Shown here in pieces: positions 8,040-16,382 of a stretch of DNA of 20,000 bases. Location: IMG/VR virus record IMGVR_UViG_3300019776_000649. The stretch is one strand, 5' to 3'. This DNA comes from an uncultured virus (IMG/VR IMGVR_UViG_3300019776_000649). Its lineage: Duplodnaviria; Heunggongvirae; Uroviricota; Caudoviricetes. A model generated the notes under the pieces. That model was not told where the DNA came from. It worked only from the letters and a program-made list of their open reading frames with translations, and made no database searches. The first letter of the stretch is position 1. Every line of letters begins with the position of its first letter. The translations under genes and the position numbers were made by a program.

Positions 8040-9006
8040 AGACCCGATAAGAATGCGAACCGCCCCAAAGTTCGTAATGGCAGACAAAAAAGACCCGGCG
8101 ACGGGTCTTTTTTGTGGCCCAGAGAGATACAGATTCTCTCAAAGTGGTGCGGTCAGACTGACGCTCGAAACCAAAAGGGAGAGACGCCCCCTCTCCCCCG
8201 ATGAGCAGAAGGCAAAGAAGACCAAGCGCAAAACTGAGGACGTTATCATCGAGCGGTGGGTTGTCGAAGACATCGTAGACAGCAGGAGAGTCGTGCTCAC
8301 GACCGATCTCTGGTCGCGAATGAAGACAGGAGGCGCACATCTCCCAGGCGTAGGGTGGATGTTCACAGGTAGCCCCAATCCAGTGTCAAGGAAAAGAGTC
8401 CAGACCTGTTCTCGCTGTGGATCAGAGTGCCAGCATCAGGCAGGAGACTCGGTAGGGTTCGGCTCCACCAGGGACTTTGATGCACTGTTGCCCTCTGAAT
8501 GGGCAGTTTTGAGTGTCCCTGGCAAACTACCTCAAGGATTGGATGCCTACCGCGATGAAGCCTTCCAGGAGCCACTGGTGGCCGATATTCTGGATGTCTT
8601 CGGCGGTGAATTACAGGCTCCCTCCAAGACGTATATCCTTTGTAGCAACTGCATTCCTCCGCGATACACCTACTGCGGCTGGTGCCAGAGAATCCACCGT
8701 GACTGGTCAACAAGTGAGGTTCTAAAGCCATACGACAGGACAATCAAGGCGTGGCGTAGCTTCAACCTTCCCTCATCAATGAAGGTTCGCGAGTACAGGC
8801 TACCAACCAAGGATCGCGATGGGAATGAGCAGTGGATTCGCAAGCCTGAGCATGTAGGCGAGAGAATCCAGACTCTTATCGAGTACATCGGTAGGGCCAC
8901 TATCTGCGAGTCTCCTGAGAGACTTTACGCAAGCAATTTGACTGAATACCTACTGGAAATGGCCGAGATCGACAAGTGGCTTGAGGATCAAGGCATGTTC
9001 CAATAA
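7999..9006 (+). CDS. hypothetical Cys-rich (Zn-finger) protein
   Basis: CSRC, CSNC and CGWC-x3-H motifs. GGAGGA precedes GTG 7999. The start position is uncertain. Confidence 0.7.
   Translation: METTDTKKDGLYYEDPIRMRTAPKFVMADKKDPATGLFCGPERYRFSQSGAVRLTLETKRERRPLSPDEQKAKKTKRKTEDVIIERWVVEDIVDSRRVVLTTDLWSRMKTGGAHLPGVGWMFTGSPNPVSRKRVQTCSRCGSECQHQAGDSVGFGSTRDFDALLPSEWAVLSVPGKLPQGLDAYRDEAFQEPLVADILDVFGGELQAPSKTYILCSNCIPPRYTYCGWCQRIHRDWSTSEVLKPYDRTIKAWRSFNLPSSMKVREYRLPTKDRDGNEQWIRKPEHVGERIQTLIEYIGRATICESPERLYASNLTEYLLEMAEIDKWLEDQGMFQ
8084..8115. terminator. bidirectional intrinsic terminator-like hairpin
   Basis: Perfect 14-bp stem ACAAAAAAGACCCG-GCGA-CGGGTCTTTTTTGT. Confidence 0.75.
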
Positions 9007-9011
9007 AAGGC

Positions 9012-9629
9012 ATGGCAATGCTATCGAAGCAATCCTACGATCTGATTTACGGCAAGGGAGTCTTCCTATCCCGAGCCCGTAGTGATCCTGACAATCCAGA
9101 TGACTCCGACCCCTTCGGAGGTGGCGGCAAAAGAACCTATTCGGAAACCGAGAGACAACAGTCTTCTCGGTTTTCTGCTTTCTCACACCTTCACGATGTA
9201 CTTGGTCCAGCCTTCATTGAAGTGCTTGGGAAGAACCCGAGAGAGTACGGCTTTGGTGACGGTGTTTACGACCGTGATCGAATCGGGAAGATAATCGCCA
9301 AGGCCGAGTCTTCCACCCACCCATTTGCGATCCATATCGAACCCCTATTTGAGCGACTTTTCGAGGAGGTCATGGCCATCAACAGCCTGTACCCAAAGCC
9401 TGCAAAAGTCATCTCGTCCATCGAGGAGCCTGACGATGATCCTCCGTGGAATCCAGAACCTGACGCTGCATACAAGTCAGGCGATGTCGTCGAGCATGAA
9501 GGCTTCAGATGGGTCGCTCGCAAGCCCCTGGCTGGGCTACCTCCCTCTGAAAAAGATTCAAGGTGGAGCTTTCTCTCCATCTTCTATCCAGATGGATACA
9601 GACAACCACGGTTTGAGGTGAGTTCATGA
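9012..9629 (+). CDS. hypothetical protein with a C-terminal CBM5/12 (ChtBD3)-like module
   Basis: W-x6-YKSGDVVEHEGFRWVA…PP…W matches the CBM5/12 pattern. Confidence 0.65.
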   Translation: MAMLSKQSYDLIYGKGVFLSRARSDPDNPDDSDPFGGGGKRTYSETERQQSSRFSAFSHLHDVLGPAFIEVLGKNPREYGFGDGVYDRDRIGKIIAKAESSTHPFAIHIEPLFERLFEEVMAINSLYPKPAKVISSIEEPDDDPPWNPEPDAAYKSGDVVEHEGFRWVARKPLAGLPPSEKDSRWSFLSIFYPDGYRQPRFEVSS

Positions 9630-10321
9630 CGGAGCGTTTTTGCAATCACTGCCCATATCGACAGGAGCGCACGAAAGGCGGTGTTTGCCGCGAGTTCTGC
9701 GTCCTACAGGAGGAATCAATGGTTCAAAAACAGGGTGAGAGCCCAGAAGACATCGAGGATGTTGATTACCAGGAAGCTGTCCGTATCCTGCATCAACCCG
9801 GAGGCATGACCCAGCAAGACGTTGAGTATGTCCTGCGCCGAATCCTCACTCACAAGGCTGCGTTGCACTCTATCAACGAGACCTGGGAGGCAGCTAAAAG
9901 ACGGGAGCAATCCCAGATCGACAAGATGATCCGGTTCTATGGACCATCCATCCGCACCTGGCTTGAGGCAACTCTTGCCGTCCAAAACTGGGGCAAGAAA
10001 AAGCCAACGAAGAGCGTCATCACTCCCTACGGCGTCCTTAAGCACACCTCCTCCGGTGGTCGGCACAAGATCGAGGACGAGGCCCAGGTGATCGAATGGA
10101 TTTCCTCCGAATCAGAGTTAGACCCCTCTCTTAAAGACCTTCTGAATGTCACCACGAAGGTCAATGCACGGGAGCTGATCTCTCGCATTGGAAAGACGGG
10201 CGAGATCATCCCCGGTGTGGGCTTTATCGACAAGTTTGACAAGCCCAGCATCGCTCTTGTTGGTTTCGGCACGATCTCCCTAGAGGGTTCCTCGGGAGAG
10301 GAGAGTGAGCCTGATGAGTAA
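9626..10321 (+). CDS. Mu Gam-like host-nuclease inhibitor / DNA end-binding protein
   Basis: Coiled-coil followed by KSVITPYGVL … DEAQVIEWI … KVNAREL … TGEIIPGV. Has an extra N-terminal Cys cluster. Confidence 0.7.
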   Translation: MTERFCNHCPYRQERTKGGVCREFCVLQEESMVQKQGESPEDIEDVDYQEAVRILHQPGGMTQQDVEYVLRRILTHKAALHSINETWEAAKRREQSQIDKMIRFYGPSIRTWLEATLAVQNWGKKKPTKSVITPYGVLKHTSSGGRHKIEDEAQVIEWISSESELDPSLKDLLNVTTKVNARELISRIGKTGEIIPGVGFIDKFDKPSIALVGFGTISLEGSSGEESEPDE

Positions 10322-10499
10322 ATTGAGCCTGATGAGTGAGCCACAAGGCAAGAAAGAGGTGATCGAGCAGGTTGTTGCGGCGGCGTTGATCTCCGTCGTC
10401 ACCGGCTTAATCACCTGGGGGATTGATGCCCTCAAAGAGGCGATTAAAAAAAAGAAAGCGAGCAAAGATGAGCCAATACATCCCACTTCTGAGACGTAG
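10314..10499 (+). CDS. small single-pass membrane protein
   Basis: Hydrophobic stretch VVAAALISVVTGLITWGI followed by a basic tail. GAGGAG upstream. Alternative start at 10332. Confidence 0.6.
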   Translation: MSKLSLMSEPQGKKEVIEQVVAAALISVVTGLITWGIDALKEAIKKKKASKDEPIHPTSET

Positions 10500-10526
10500 A
10501 GCCTCAAAACTCCAAAGCGGAGGCGC

Positions 10527-10546
10527 GGAGCTACCAAGCTCCAGCC
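10527..10546. repeat. ACCA-loop mini-palindrome GGAGCT-ACCA-AGCTCC-AGCC
   Basis: An identical 20-mer occurs at 11235-11254. Confidence 0.85.
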
Positions 10547-10560
10547 GGATAGCAAGACCA

Positions 10561-11166
10561 ATGATTGCCATCTCGGGTTACTCCCGCCAGGGTAAGGACG
10601 AGGCAGGCAAAGCACTGATAGCCAGAGGCTACAAGCGAGTCGCTTTCGGCGACATCATTCGGCAAAAACTTCGTGAGTTCACCCTTCCAGATGCCGTGAA
10701 GCTGATCGCCTGGATGCGAAATCAAGGACAACCAGAGTCCGAGAGGAAGCGAGTATGGCAGTCGTTTGAAGACATGGCCACCTTCAAGATCGACCTCTTC
10801 ACAGAAAATGACGATCAGAAGAAAATGCTCCGCGCACTGATGGAGTGGTACGGCATGTACGACTACGACGCCATCATGGATGAGCTATTTCGCACGCTGC
10901 CACTCCCCGCTGTGAACACAAGGCTCATGAGAGTCCGTGAAGCCCAGGCTTGGGTTGATAGCGGAGGATTTGTGATCGAGGTCATTAGGCTAAACGCTGT
11001 CCCACTTACCGACTTTGAGCGCGATACCCAGCAGGAGTTGCGCGACTCGGGACTGCTATCAGTGACGATCATCAACGGCGGCACTATCGAGGACCTACAC
11101 CGGGCGATTTTGGATTTTGCCGAGAGTTCTCCCACCGGATACCAACCGGAGCTGGCCATGTTCTAG
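10561..11166 (+). CDS. deoxynucleoside monophosphate kinase
   Basis: MIAISGYSRQGKDE P-loop, AFGDIIR, and IINGGTIEDL. Start set at 10561 because family members usually begin just before the P-loop; 10468 is an alternative. Confidence 0.8.
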   Translation: MIAISGYSRQGKDEAGKALIARGYKRVAFGDIIRQKLREFTLPDAVKLIAWMRNQGQPESERKRVWQSFEDMATFKIDLFTENDDQKKMLRALMEWYGMYDYDAIMDELFRTLPLPAVNTRLMRVREAQAWVDSGGFVIEVIRLNAVPLTDFERDTQQELRDSGLLSVTIINGGTIEDLHRAILDFAESSPTGYQPELAMF

Positions 11167-11168
11167 CC

Positions 11169-11219
11169 ATTTGATTTAGTCGGATACGAGCAAAAGGCAA
11201 CCAAGCGATTAAATCAAAT
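11169..11219. repeat. 51-bp palindromic element, copy 3
   Basis: ATTTGATTTAGTCG + 23 nt (gatacgaGCAAAAGGCaaccaag) + CGATTAAATCAAAT, flanked by CC/GG. Confidence 0.9.
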
Positions 11220-11234
11220 GGTTGCCTTTCTGGT

Positions 11235-11254
11235 GGAGCTACCAAGCTCCAGCC
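11235..11254. repeat. ACCA-loop mini-palindrome GGAGCT-ACCA-AGCTCC-AGCC
   Basis: Identical to 10527-10546. Lies between palindrome copy 3 and the RBS of the gene at 11271. Confidence 0.85.
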
Positions 11255-11270
11255 TGCATGAAAGGACCCT

Positions 11271-12605
11271 ATGAATACGATACTTCGCATCTACACGGAC
11301 GGCGGTCTCGCACAAGACAACCCCTCGGTTCTTGGTGGCGCTTACTGCGTCATCGCGGTCAAGGAAACGATAGACGAGAACGGCTTAGTGATCGGCTCCC
11401 AGCAGATCAGTATCCAGAGCGACATCCTCCTCCCCGATGAACTAGATGCCAGCAAGAAGGAGCCAGCCAAGGGTAGTGTCTCCAACAACAACACGGAGCT
11501 TCTCGGTGTGATCGTGGCTTTGGAGACCGTTCCCAAGCTGGTGGAGTGGGTGGCAGGTGAACTCATGGAGACCCTAACCATCGTCACGGACTCGGAGTTG
11601 GCAATGAAGTGGGCTCAGGGACTCTACGGAACGGACTCGGTTCCAAACGTCCTTCTTGAGCGTCTGAAGGACGCCTATGTTCACATCGGCAGTCTGGGCT
11701 TCGACACTCAGTTCTTCCCAAAATACGAGCTGATCGCCGGTCATCCAAACCAACAAGAGCTGAAAAAGCAGTTCAAGATGAAGAAGACCAGGAAGTACCG
11801 CGTCTCGGAGGTCAATGTCCGTTGCGACGAGGTTTGCGGAAAGATTTGTGATGCTGTATCTGCGGTCTATGTCAGCGGCCAGGACGTGACCAGGGAGACA
11901 GTCAAACAGTACATGGATGAGCAAGATACAAAGGAGGCTGAGGTAGAGAACCAGAGCCGCCCACCGATGCCAGAAATCACCGGATATGGCCTCAAGGCAG
12001 GAAACACCTACTTGTGGCTGAACGACAGTTGGGCTGAGGTCTTTAGCGGTGTCCCGCCTACGGCATCCGAGTTCCAAGCCTTCGTTGGGCTCATGCAACG
12101 ATCCGAGTTGGGAGAGATCGGACTTCGAGCTTCTTATGCTCTTGGTCTTTCGGGTGAGTCTGCCGAAGTTCTTGAAGCTCTCATCAAGAACAATTGGGAT
12201 GGTTCGCCAGACGAGATCGGAGACGTGCTGCACTACGTCTTCGGGTCGGCTCTTCTAGTCGGCATTGACGGCGATTACCTAATGGCAAGCGTCGTGGCTC
12301 GGATCATGGCTATCCAGAAAGGTGAGATACCTCCGATGCCACATACCCTTGCTGACATGGCCTACACGCTTCCCTACTTGTCTGCCAAGTACGGCGAGCT
12401 AATCAAGAAGAAGGACTACCACAGCAAGGAAATCGAGCAGGACAAGCTGGTTGGCGCACTGCACAATGTCCTGTTCAACCTCTGCGGCATCTGCAACGCC
12501 TCAAACATGACCATCCAGGCGGCGATGACTCGCAACATGGCGAAACTCCGCGAGCGCCACCCGAGCGGGTCCTTCACCCCGACGTATCACGACGCGGCAG
12601 TTTAG
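11271..12605 (+). CDS. RNase HI domain fused to a tandem MazG-like (all-alpha NTP pyrophosphatase) region
   Basis: RNase HI motifs IYTDGG, NNNTE, IVTDS, AGH and NxxCD. MazG motifs LGLSGESAEV…DEIGDVLHY and NMAKLRERHP. Confidence 0.8.
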   Translation: MNTILRIYTDGGLAQDNPSVLGGAYCVIAVKETIDENGLVIGSQQISIQSDILLPDELDASKKEPAKGSVSNNNTELLGVIVALETVPKLVEWVAGELMETLTIVTDSELAMKWAQGLYGTDSVPNVLLERLKDAYVHIGSLGFDTQFFPKYELIAGHPNQQELKKQFKMKKTRKYRVSEVNVRCDEVCGKICDAVSAVYVSGQDVTRETVKQYMDEQDTKEAEVENQSRPPMPEITGYGLKAGNTYLWLNDSWAEVFSGVPPTASEFQAFVGLMQRSELGEIGLRASYALGLSGESAEVLEALIKNNWDGSPDEIGDVLHYVFGSALLVGIDGDYLMASVVARIMAIQKGEIPPMPHTLADMAYTLPYLSAKYGELIKKKDYHSKEIEQDKLVGALHNVLFNLCGICNASNMTIQAAMTRNMAKLRERHPSGSFTPTYHDAAV

Positions 12606-12622
12606 AGCGATAGGAGATCATT

Positions 12623-13141
12623 TTGAACGATACATCCACTTACAATAGCCCCGAGATCGACAAGATCGCGGTGGCGCTGGTGAAAGTCCAGAGCGAAGTT
12701 GGAGGGGTCTCCAAATCGGGAAAGAACCCTCACCTCAGAAATTCCTATGCGACTATCGGTGACGTGCTCGACACGGTGATTCCTGTAGCGCAAGCACATG
12801 GGCTGGTCATCATCCAGCGCCCCATGCCGTCTGGAAACCCAAACCTGATCTTGCTCCAGACACTCGTTGTCCATGAGAGCGGCCAGTTTCTCTCAAGCCT
12901 GATCGAGATGCCTCTTGGCAAGCAAGACCCGCAAGGGTACGGCTCTGGAATGACTTACGCTCGCCGCTACGGTCTCATGTCTTTCTTTGGCCTCAAAGCG
13001 GAAGATGATGACGGAAATGCGGCCAGTGGAGTGACCGGACCACCGGCTCAGGCATCAAAACCACCCACTCAGGCAACAAGGCCAGCGGCGATCCCGACTG
13101 GTGGTGTTAGGCCACAAACGCGGCAGCTACCAACTCGGTAA
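12623..13141 (+). CDS. erf: ERF-family single-strand annealing protein
   Basis: Signature GSGMTYARRYGL…EDDDG. TTG start with RBS AGGAGA. Confidence 0.9.
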   Translation: MNDTSTYNSPEIDKIAVALVKVQSEVGGVSKSGKNPHLRNSYATIGDVLDTVIPVAQAHGLVIIQRPMPSGNPNLILLQTLVVHESGQFLSSLIEMPLGKQDPQGYGSGMTYARRYGLMSFFGLKAEDDDGNAASGVTGPPAQASKPPTQATRPAAIPTGGVRPQTRQLPTR

Positions 13142-13160
13142 AACGACAATCGCATAGACG

Positions 13161-13191
13161 AAGGCTCCCAGAAATGGGGGCCTTTTTGTTT
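13161..13191 (+). terminator. intrinsic terminator
   Basis: AAGGCTCCCA-GAAA-TGGGGGCCTT followed by TTTGTTT. Confidence 0.8.
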
Positions 13192-13202
13192 GGAAAGAGA
13201 CT

Positions 13203-14177
13203 ATGAAAATCAAACAAAAGCGGGGCAGGCCGATCCCCTCTGCTTACAGCGTGGAAATCTTGGAGCATACCATCGCCCCATCTGGCTCCGAGGCGATCAC
13301 CTACTTGCTGACTTATCCGCTGATCGTCCACGCCGAGCTAATGACACACCGTCAGTTCAGCCGTAACGCCGCATCCAACCGGGCCATTCCCATTGAGCGC
13401 ACGATGGAGTCTGTTATTCGCTCTCCGTTCGTCCCAGATCGCCTACCGAAGTCAGGTAAGGGGATGCAACCCGGAGGCTACTATGAAGGCTTCCAGAACA
13501 CCCTGCGGCTGTTCATTTACCGCGAGTCGCGCTGGTTTGCTCTTGCCGTTTCGTGGCTCCTGCTTCGTCTTGGCGTTCACAAGGAGATAGCCAATCGGGT
13601 ACTGGTTCCCTGGCTTTGGATCACGGTCGTTGTGACCACGATGAACGATGAGAAGGGGCTACAGAACTTCTTTAGGCAGCGTTGTCATTCTGACGCCCAG
13701 CGCCAGATTCGCATCCTGGCCGACATGATGAGAGCCAAGTACATCCAATCCACACCAAGGCGTCTGGAGCAAGTTGAGTGGCACCTGCCCTTCATCGCAA
13801 AAGAAGACTACCGACAGGTCTACCAGGAAGCAGTTCATGAGTGGGAGAGGCAGACAGGAGAGGACGAGATGGCCTTCCCGCTTGGCTTCCAGGACTGGGA
13901 GCTGGTCGGCAAGCTGGTCAAAATCTCTGCCGCTCGGTGCGCTAGAACCTCGTTTGTCCCCTTCGACAGCATGGGCTCCAAGAGTCATGCAGAAGACCTG
14001 AAGCTACACGATCAGCTTGTCGCCAAGTACCATATGTCCCCACTGGAGCATCAGCTCTGCGGAGTCACCTCTGACTGGAAAAGCAACAACGTTCACGGAT
14101 ACCGCCAATACCGTGAGCTAGTCGAGAATGGATACGTCGCCGAGGTGTCCGTCTATCAAAGCGCAGTCATGAACTAA
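13203..14177 (+). CDS. thyX: flavin-dependent thymidylate synthase (phage type)
   Basis: ELMTHRQFSRNAASNRAIP (phage variant of the RHRxxSxxxxSxR motif), HKEIANR, SAARCARTS and HMSPLEH. Confidence 0.88.
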   Translation: MKIKQKRGRPIPSAYSVEILEHTIAPSGSEAITYLLTYPLIVHAELMTHRQFSRNAASNRAIPIERTMESVIRSPFVPDRLPKSGKGMQPGGYYEGFQNTLRLFIYRESRWFALAVSWLLLRLGVHKEIANRVLVPWLWITVVVTTMNDEKGLQNFFRQRCHSDAQRQIRILADMMRAKYIQSTPRRLEQVEWHLPFIAKEDYRQVYQEAVHEWERQTGEDEMAFPLGFQDWELVGKLVKISAARCARTSFVPFDSMGSKSHAEDLKLHDQLVAKYHMSPLEHQLCGVTSDWKSNNVHGYRQYRELVENGYVAEVSVYQSAVMN

Positions 14178-14185
14178 GGAGAAAT

Positions 14186-16366
14186 ATGAGAGCAACTTTT
14201 TCACTAACCAAGTCGTTTGTCGATGGATACCGCCAGAAGCCGAGCCCATTTGGACTCAACGGCTTTGGAGAGCTGGTTTACCGCCGCACCTACAGCCGCA
14301 TCAAGCAAGACGGCACCAACGAGGACTGGACAGATACTGTCGCCCGTGTTGTGACCGGCGTCTACCGGATGCAGGAGCGCCACATCAAGGGGCTTCATAA
14401 GCGTTGGGACAGTGCCAAGGCACAGCGATCCGCGCAGACCATGTTCGACCTGATGTGGAACATGAAGTTCCTCCCGCCGGGTCGTGGACTTTGGGCGATG
14501 GGTAGCGAGATCACAGAGGACCGAGAGATGTTCGCGGCCCTCAACAACTGTGCCTTTGTCAGTACCGACGATCTTGCAGTCGCACTTGAGAAACCGTTTG
14601 CCTTCCTCATGGACATGTCCATGCTTGGGGTTGGGGTCGGTTTCGATGCCAAGGGCAAAGGCTCTATCAGTATCCTGAATCCAGACAAGACCTTCAACGT
14701 TTCGTCTTCTGTGGGGAAGATGCCGATGATCGACTTCATCCTGGAAAAGTTCGATCTGATTCGTGAGCATATCTACCCTGGCTCTCTGAGCTATGTCTCA
14801 GTACCTGACTCCAGCAAACACTACCGGGAGTGCTACACAGTCGATTACGATGACGACCCTGCGTATGGTGGATTCTACTACCAGATTCCTGATACCCGCG
14901 AGGGGTGGGTTTTGGCCCTGACTTTCATGCTCTCTTCCTACTTCCGCGACCTGCCGCGAGTCAAGTTCCTCTACGATCACATCCGTCCTGCTGGTCTTCC
15001 CATAAAGGGCTTTGGTGGCGTCTCGTCTGGTCCTGAGCCACTGAAGATGATGCTTGAGTCTGTCAGCGGCTATCTGGATCAGCGCATCGGGAAGAAGATC
15101 ACGGTCGAGGACATTGTGACCATCCAGAACATGATCGGCGTCTGCGTCGTGGCTGGCAATGTCCGTCGCACCGCTGAGATTGCTTTCGGTGAGGCAGACG
15201 ATGAGCAGTTCATGGACCTCAAGAACTACCGTTGGAACCCTGCCACCATGCAGATGGCGGGGCCAGCGGCCCATCGAGCGGCGTTTGGGTGGACCAGTAA
15301 CAACTCGATCTTCGCCGAGATCGGGATGGACTACACCAAGGCGGCGGGACGCACTGCGGTTAATGGTGAACCTGGGTACGCTTGGCTGGAGAACATGCAG
15401 AACTACAGCCGCATGATCGACGCTCCCGATTTCAAAGACTACCGAGTCAAGGGAGGCAACCCGTGTCTTGAGCAGTCGCTCGAAAGCTACGAGCTGTGCA
15501 ACCTGGTGGAGACTTACCCGGCTCGCCACGAAACGATGGAGGAGTGGCACAAGACTCTCAAGTACGCCTACCTCTACGCCAAGACGGTTACTCTCGGAAT
15601 GACCCACTGGGAAGACACGAACGAGGTCATGAGCCGCAATCGGCGCATCGGCACCTCGATCTCCGGTTTTGCTCAGGCCCGTGTCAAGTTCGGTATCCAC
15701 AAGCTCAGGACTGGCCTTGACGAGGGCTTTAAGACGATCCAGAAGTACGACCGAATCTACTCCGAATGGCTGTCAGTACCCCGGAGCATCAAGACGACCT
15801 CTGTGAAGCCTTCGGGCACTGTCAGCTTGCTTGCTGGCGCAACGCCTGGGATGCACTTCCCCCACTCGCGGTTCTGCATCCGTCGTATGAGGTTGTCTAT
15901 CCACTCCAATCTCATTCAGCCATTGAAAGACGCTGGCTACGACATTGAACCCTGCGTCGGCCAGGAGGACAGCACAGTAGTCGTGTCTGTCCCTATCGAC
16001 ATGGGCGAAGGTCTCCGTGGTACGGAGCAAGTCTCGATGTGGGAGCAGTTTGAAATCGCGGCATTCCTACAGGCTTACTGGACAGACAACCAAGTCTCTT
16101 GCACAGTCACGTTCGATCCCGTGTCTGAAGGGCCTCAGATCAAGTATGCCTTGGAGCTTTACGAGTCCCGGCTCAAGGGTATCTCGCTACTCCCGAGGCT
16201 TGACGCTGGTGCCTACCCTCAGATGCCTTATGAGGAGATCAGCGAGGCCGAGTATCACGCGAGGGTCGCTGAGCTAGGCAAGCCAGACTTCAGCGGGTCA
16301 GTTGAGCAAGCCGAGATGAATGACAAGTTCTGCGACAGCGAGAAGTGTGAACTTCCAGCCAAGTAG
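14186..16366 (+). CDS. nrdJ: class II (adenosylcobalamin-dependent) monomeric ribonucleoside-triphosphate reductase
   Basis: YRRTYSR, PPGRGLW, LNNC, VVAGNVRR, NPCLEQ…ELCNL, VKPSGT and C-terminal CDSEKC. Confidence 0.93.
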   Translation: MRATFSLTKSFVDGYRQKPSPFGLNGFGELVYRRTYSRIKQDGTNEDWTDTVARVVTGVYRMQERHIKGLHKRWDSAKAQRSAQTMFDLMWNMKFLPPGRGLWAMGSEITEDREMFAALNNCAFVSTDDLAVALEKPFAFLMDMSMLGVGVGFDAKGKGSISILNPDKTFNVSSSVGKMPMIDFILEKFDLIREHIYPGSLSYVSVPDSSKHYRECYTVDYDDDPAYGGFYYQIPDTREGWVLALTFMLSSYFRDLPRVKFLYDHIRPAGLPIKGFGGVSSGPEPLKMMLESVSGYLDQRIGKKITVEDIVTIQNMIGVCVVAGNVRRTAEIAFGEADDEQFMDLKNYRWNPATMQMAGPAAHRAAFGWTSNNSIFAEIGMDYTKAAGRTAVNGEPGYAWLENMQNYSRMIDAPDFKDYRVKGGNPCLEQSLESYELCNLVETYPARHETMEEWHKTLKYAYLYAKTVTLGMTHWEDTNEVMSRNRRIGTSISGFAQARVKFGIHKLRTGLDEGFKTIQKYDRIYSEWLSVPRSIKTTSVKPSGTVSLLAGATPGMHFPHSRFCIRRMRLSIHSNLIQPLKDAGYDIEPCVGQEDSTVVVSVPIDMGEGLRGTEQVSMWEQFEIAAFLQAYWTDNQVSCTVTFDPVSEGPQIKYALELYESRLKGISLLPRLDAGAYPQMPYEEISEAEYHARVAELGKPDFSGSVEQAEMNDKFCDSEKCELPAK

Positions 16367-16382
16367 AGAAACGACAACATAG

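Noticed and set aside
10311..10360. CTGATGAG…GAAA resembling a hammerhead ribozyme core
   Set aside because: The stem II closing pair and stems I/III cannot be built, and it lies in coding sequence.
10441..10453. CGATTAAA as a fifth palindrome copy, and the A-run as a slippage site
   Set aside because: There is no left arm at 23-nt spacing, and the run simply encodes IKKK.
10561..16366. Nucleotide-metabolism cluster as evidence of a modified-base genome
   Set aside because: No PurZ, hydroxymethylase, deaminase or queuosine-pathway gene is in the window, and ThyX suggests normal dTMP synthesis.
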